From: Mobula hypostoma
Lineage: Eukaryota
Reading direction: 5' to 3'
Length of the DNA stretch: 64,000 nt
Assembly: GCF_963921235.1 (NCBI RefSeq)
Contig: NC_086097.1
Location: 145,826,001-145,890,000 of the forward strand
Shown here: one piece after another, positions 63,861 to 64,000 of the stretch
Layout: every line of letters starts with the position of its first letter
Position numbering within the stretch: the stretch's first letter is position 1
Notes under the pieces: model-generated
Told to the model about the DNA's origin: nothing
The model's input: the letters and a program-made list of their open reading frames with translations, nothing else
Database searches by the model: none
Program-made: the position numbers and the translations under genes

Positions 63861-64000
63861 AAAAATGCAATACCCATGTTCAACCCTGAGCAACAGACGG
63901 CCTATTAACCGGAGGTAGTGGAAATGTGCGGAGAATAAAATAAGATTAGTGTTAACGGATGCGCAACGGTCAGCAAGAGGTTAATTTCCATGTTGTATGA

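Overview
Eukaryotic, repeat-saturated DNA. The repeat families (CR1, Rex1/Babar, Penelope-like, HE1-type V-SINEs, Deu-type SINEs) point to a cartilaginous fish, probably a ray; that assignment is inferred from recalled repeat consensuses, not from a search. No complete host gene is present. Most ORFs in the track are decayed transposon fragments or chance ORFs. The window reads as intronic or intergenic DNA made of nested transposon insertions: CR1, Rex1, Tx1 and L1 LINE fragments, three Gypsy LTR remnants, Penelope elements, a hAT/Buster transposon, and Tc1, mariner and hAT MITEs. A few unique stretches hold candidate small + strand exons (best 42367-42500) and possible enhancers. The most interesting signal is a minimal type-I hammerhead ribozyme motif in the Penelope 3' terminal repeat. 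That short repeat also occurs alone as fold-back, TSD-flanked insertions (33293-33553 and 63465-63617). Other highlights are a four-level nested insertion stack (9833-13330) and a 1.9-kb mini-Gypsy that keeps only slivers of gag, protease, RNase H and integrase. I found no evidence for a new protein-coding system. Boundaries without a TSD are approximate.
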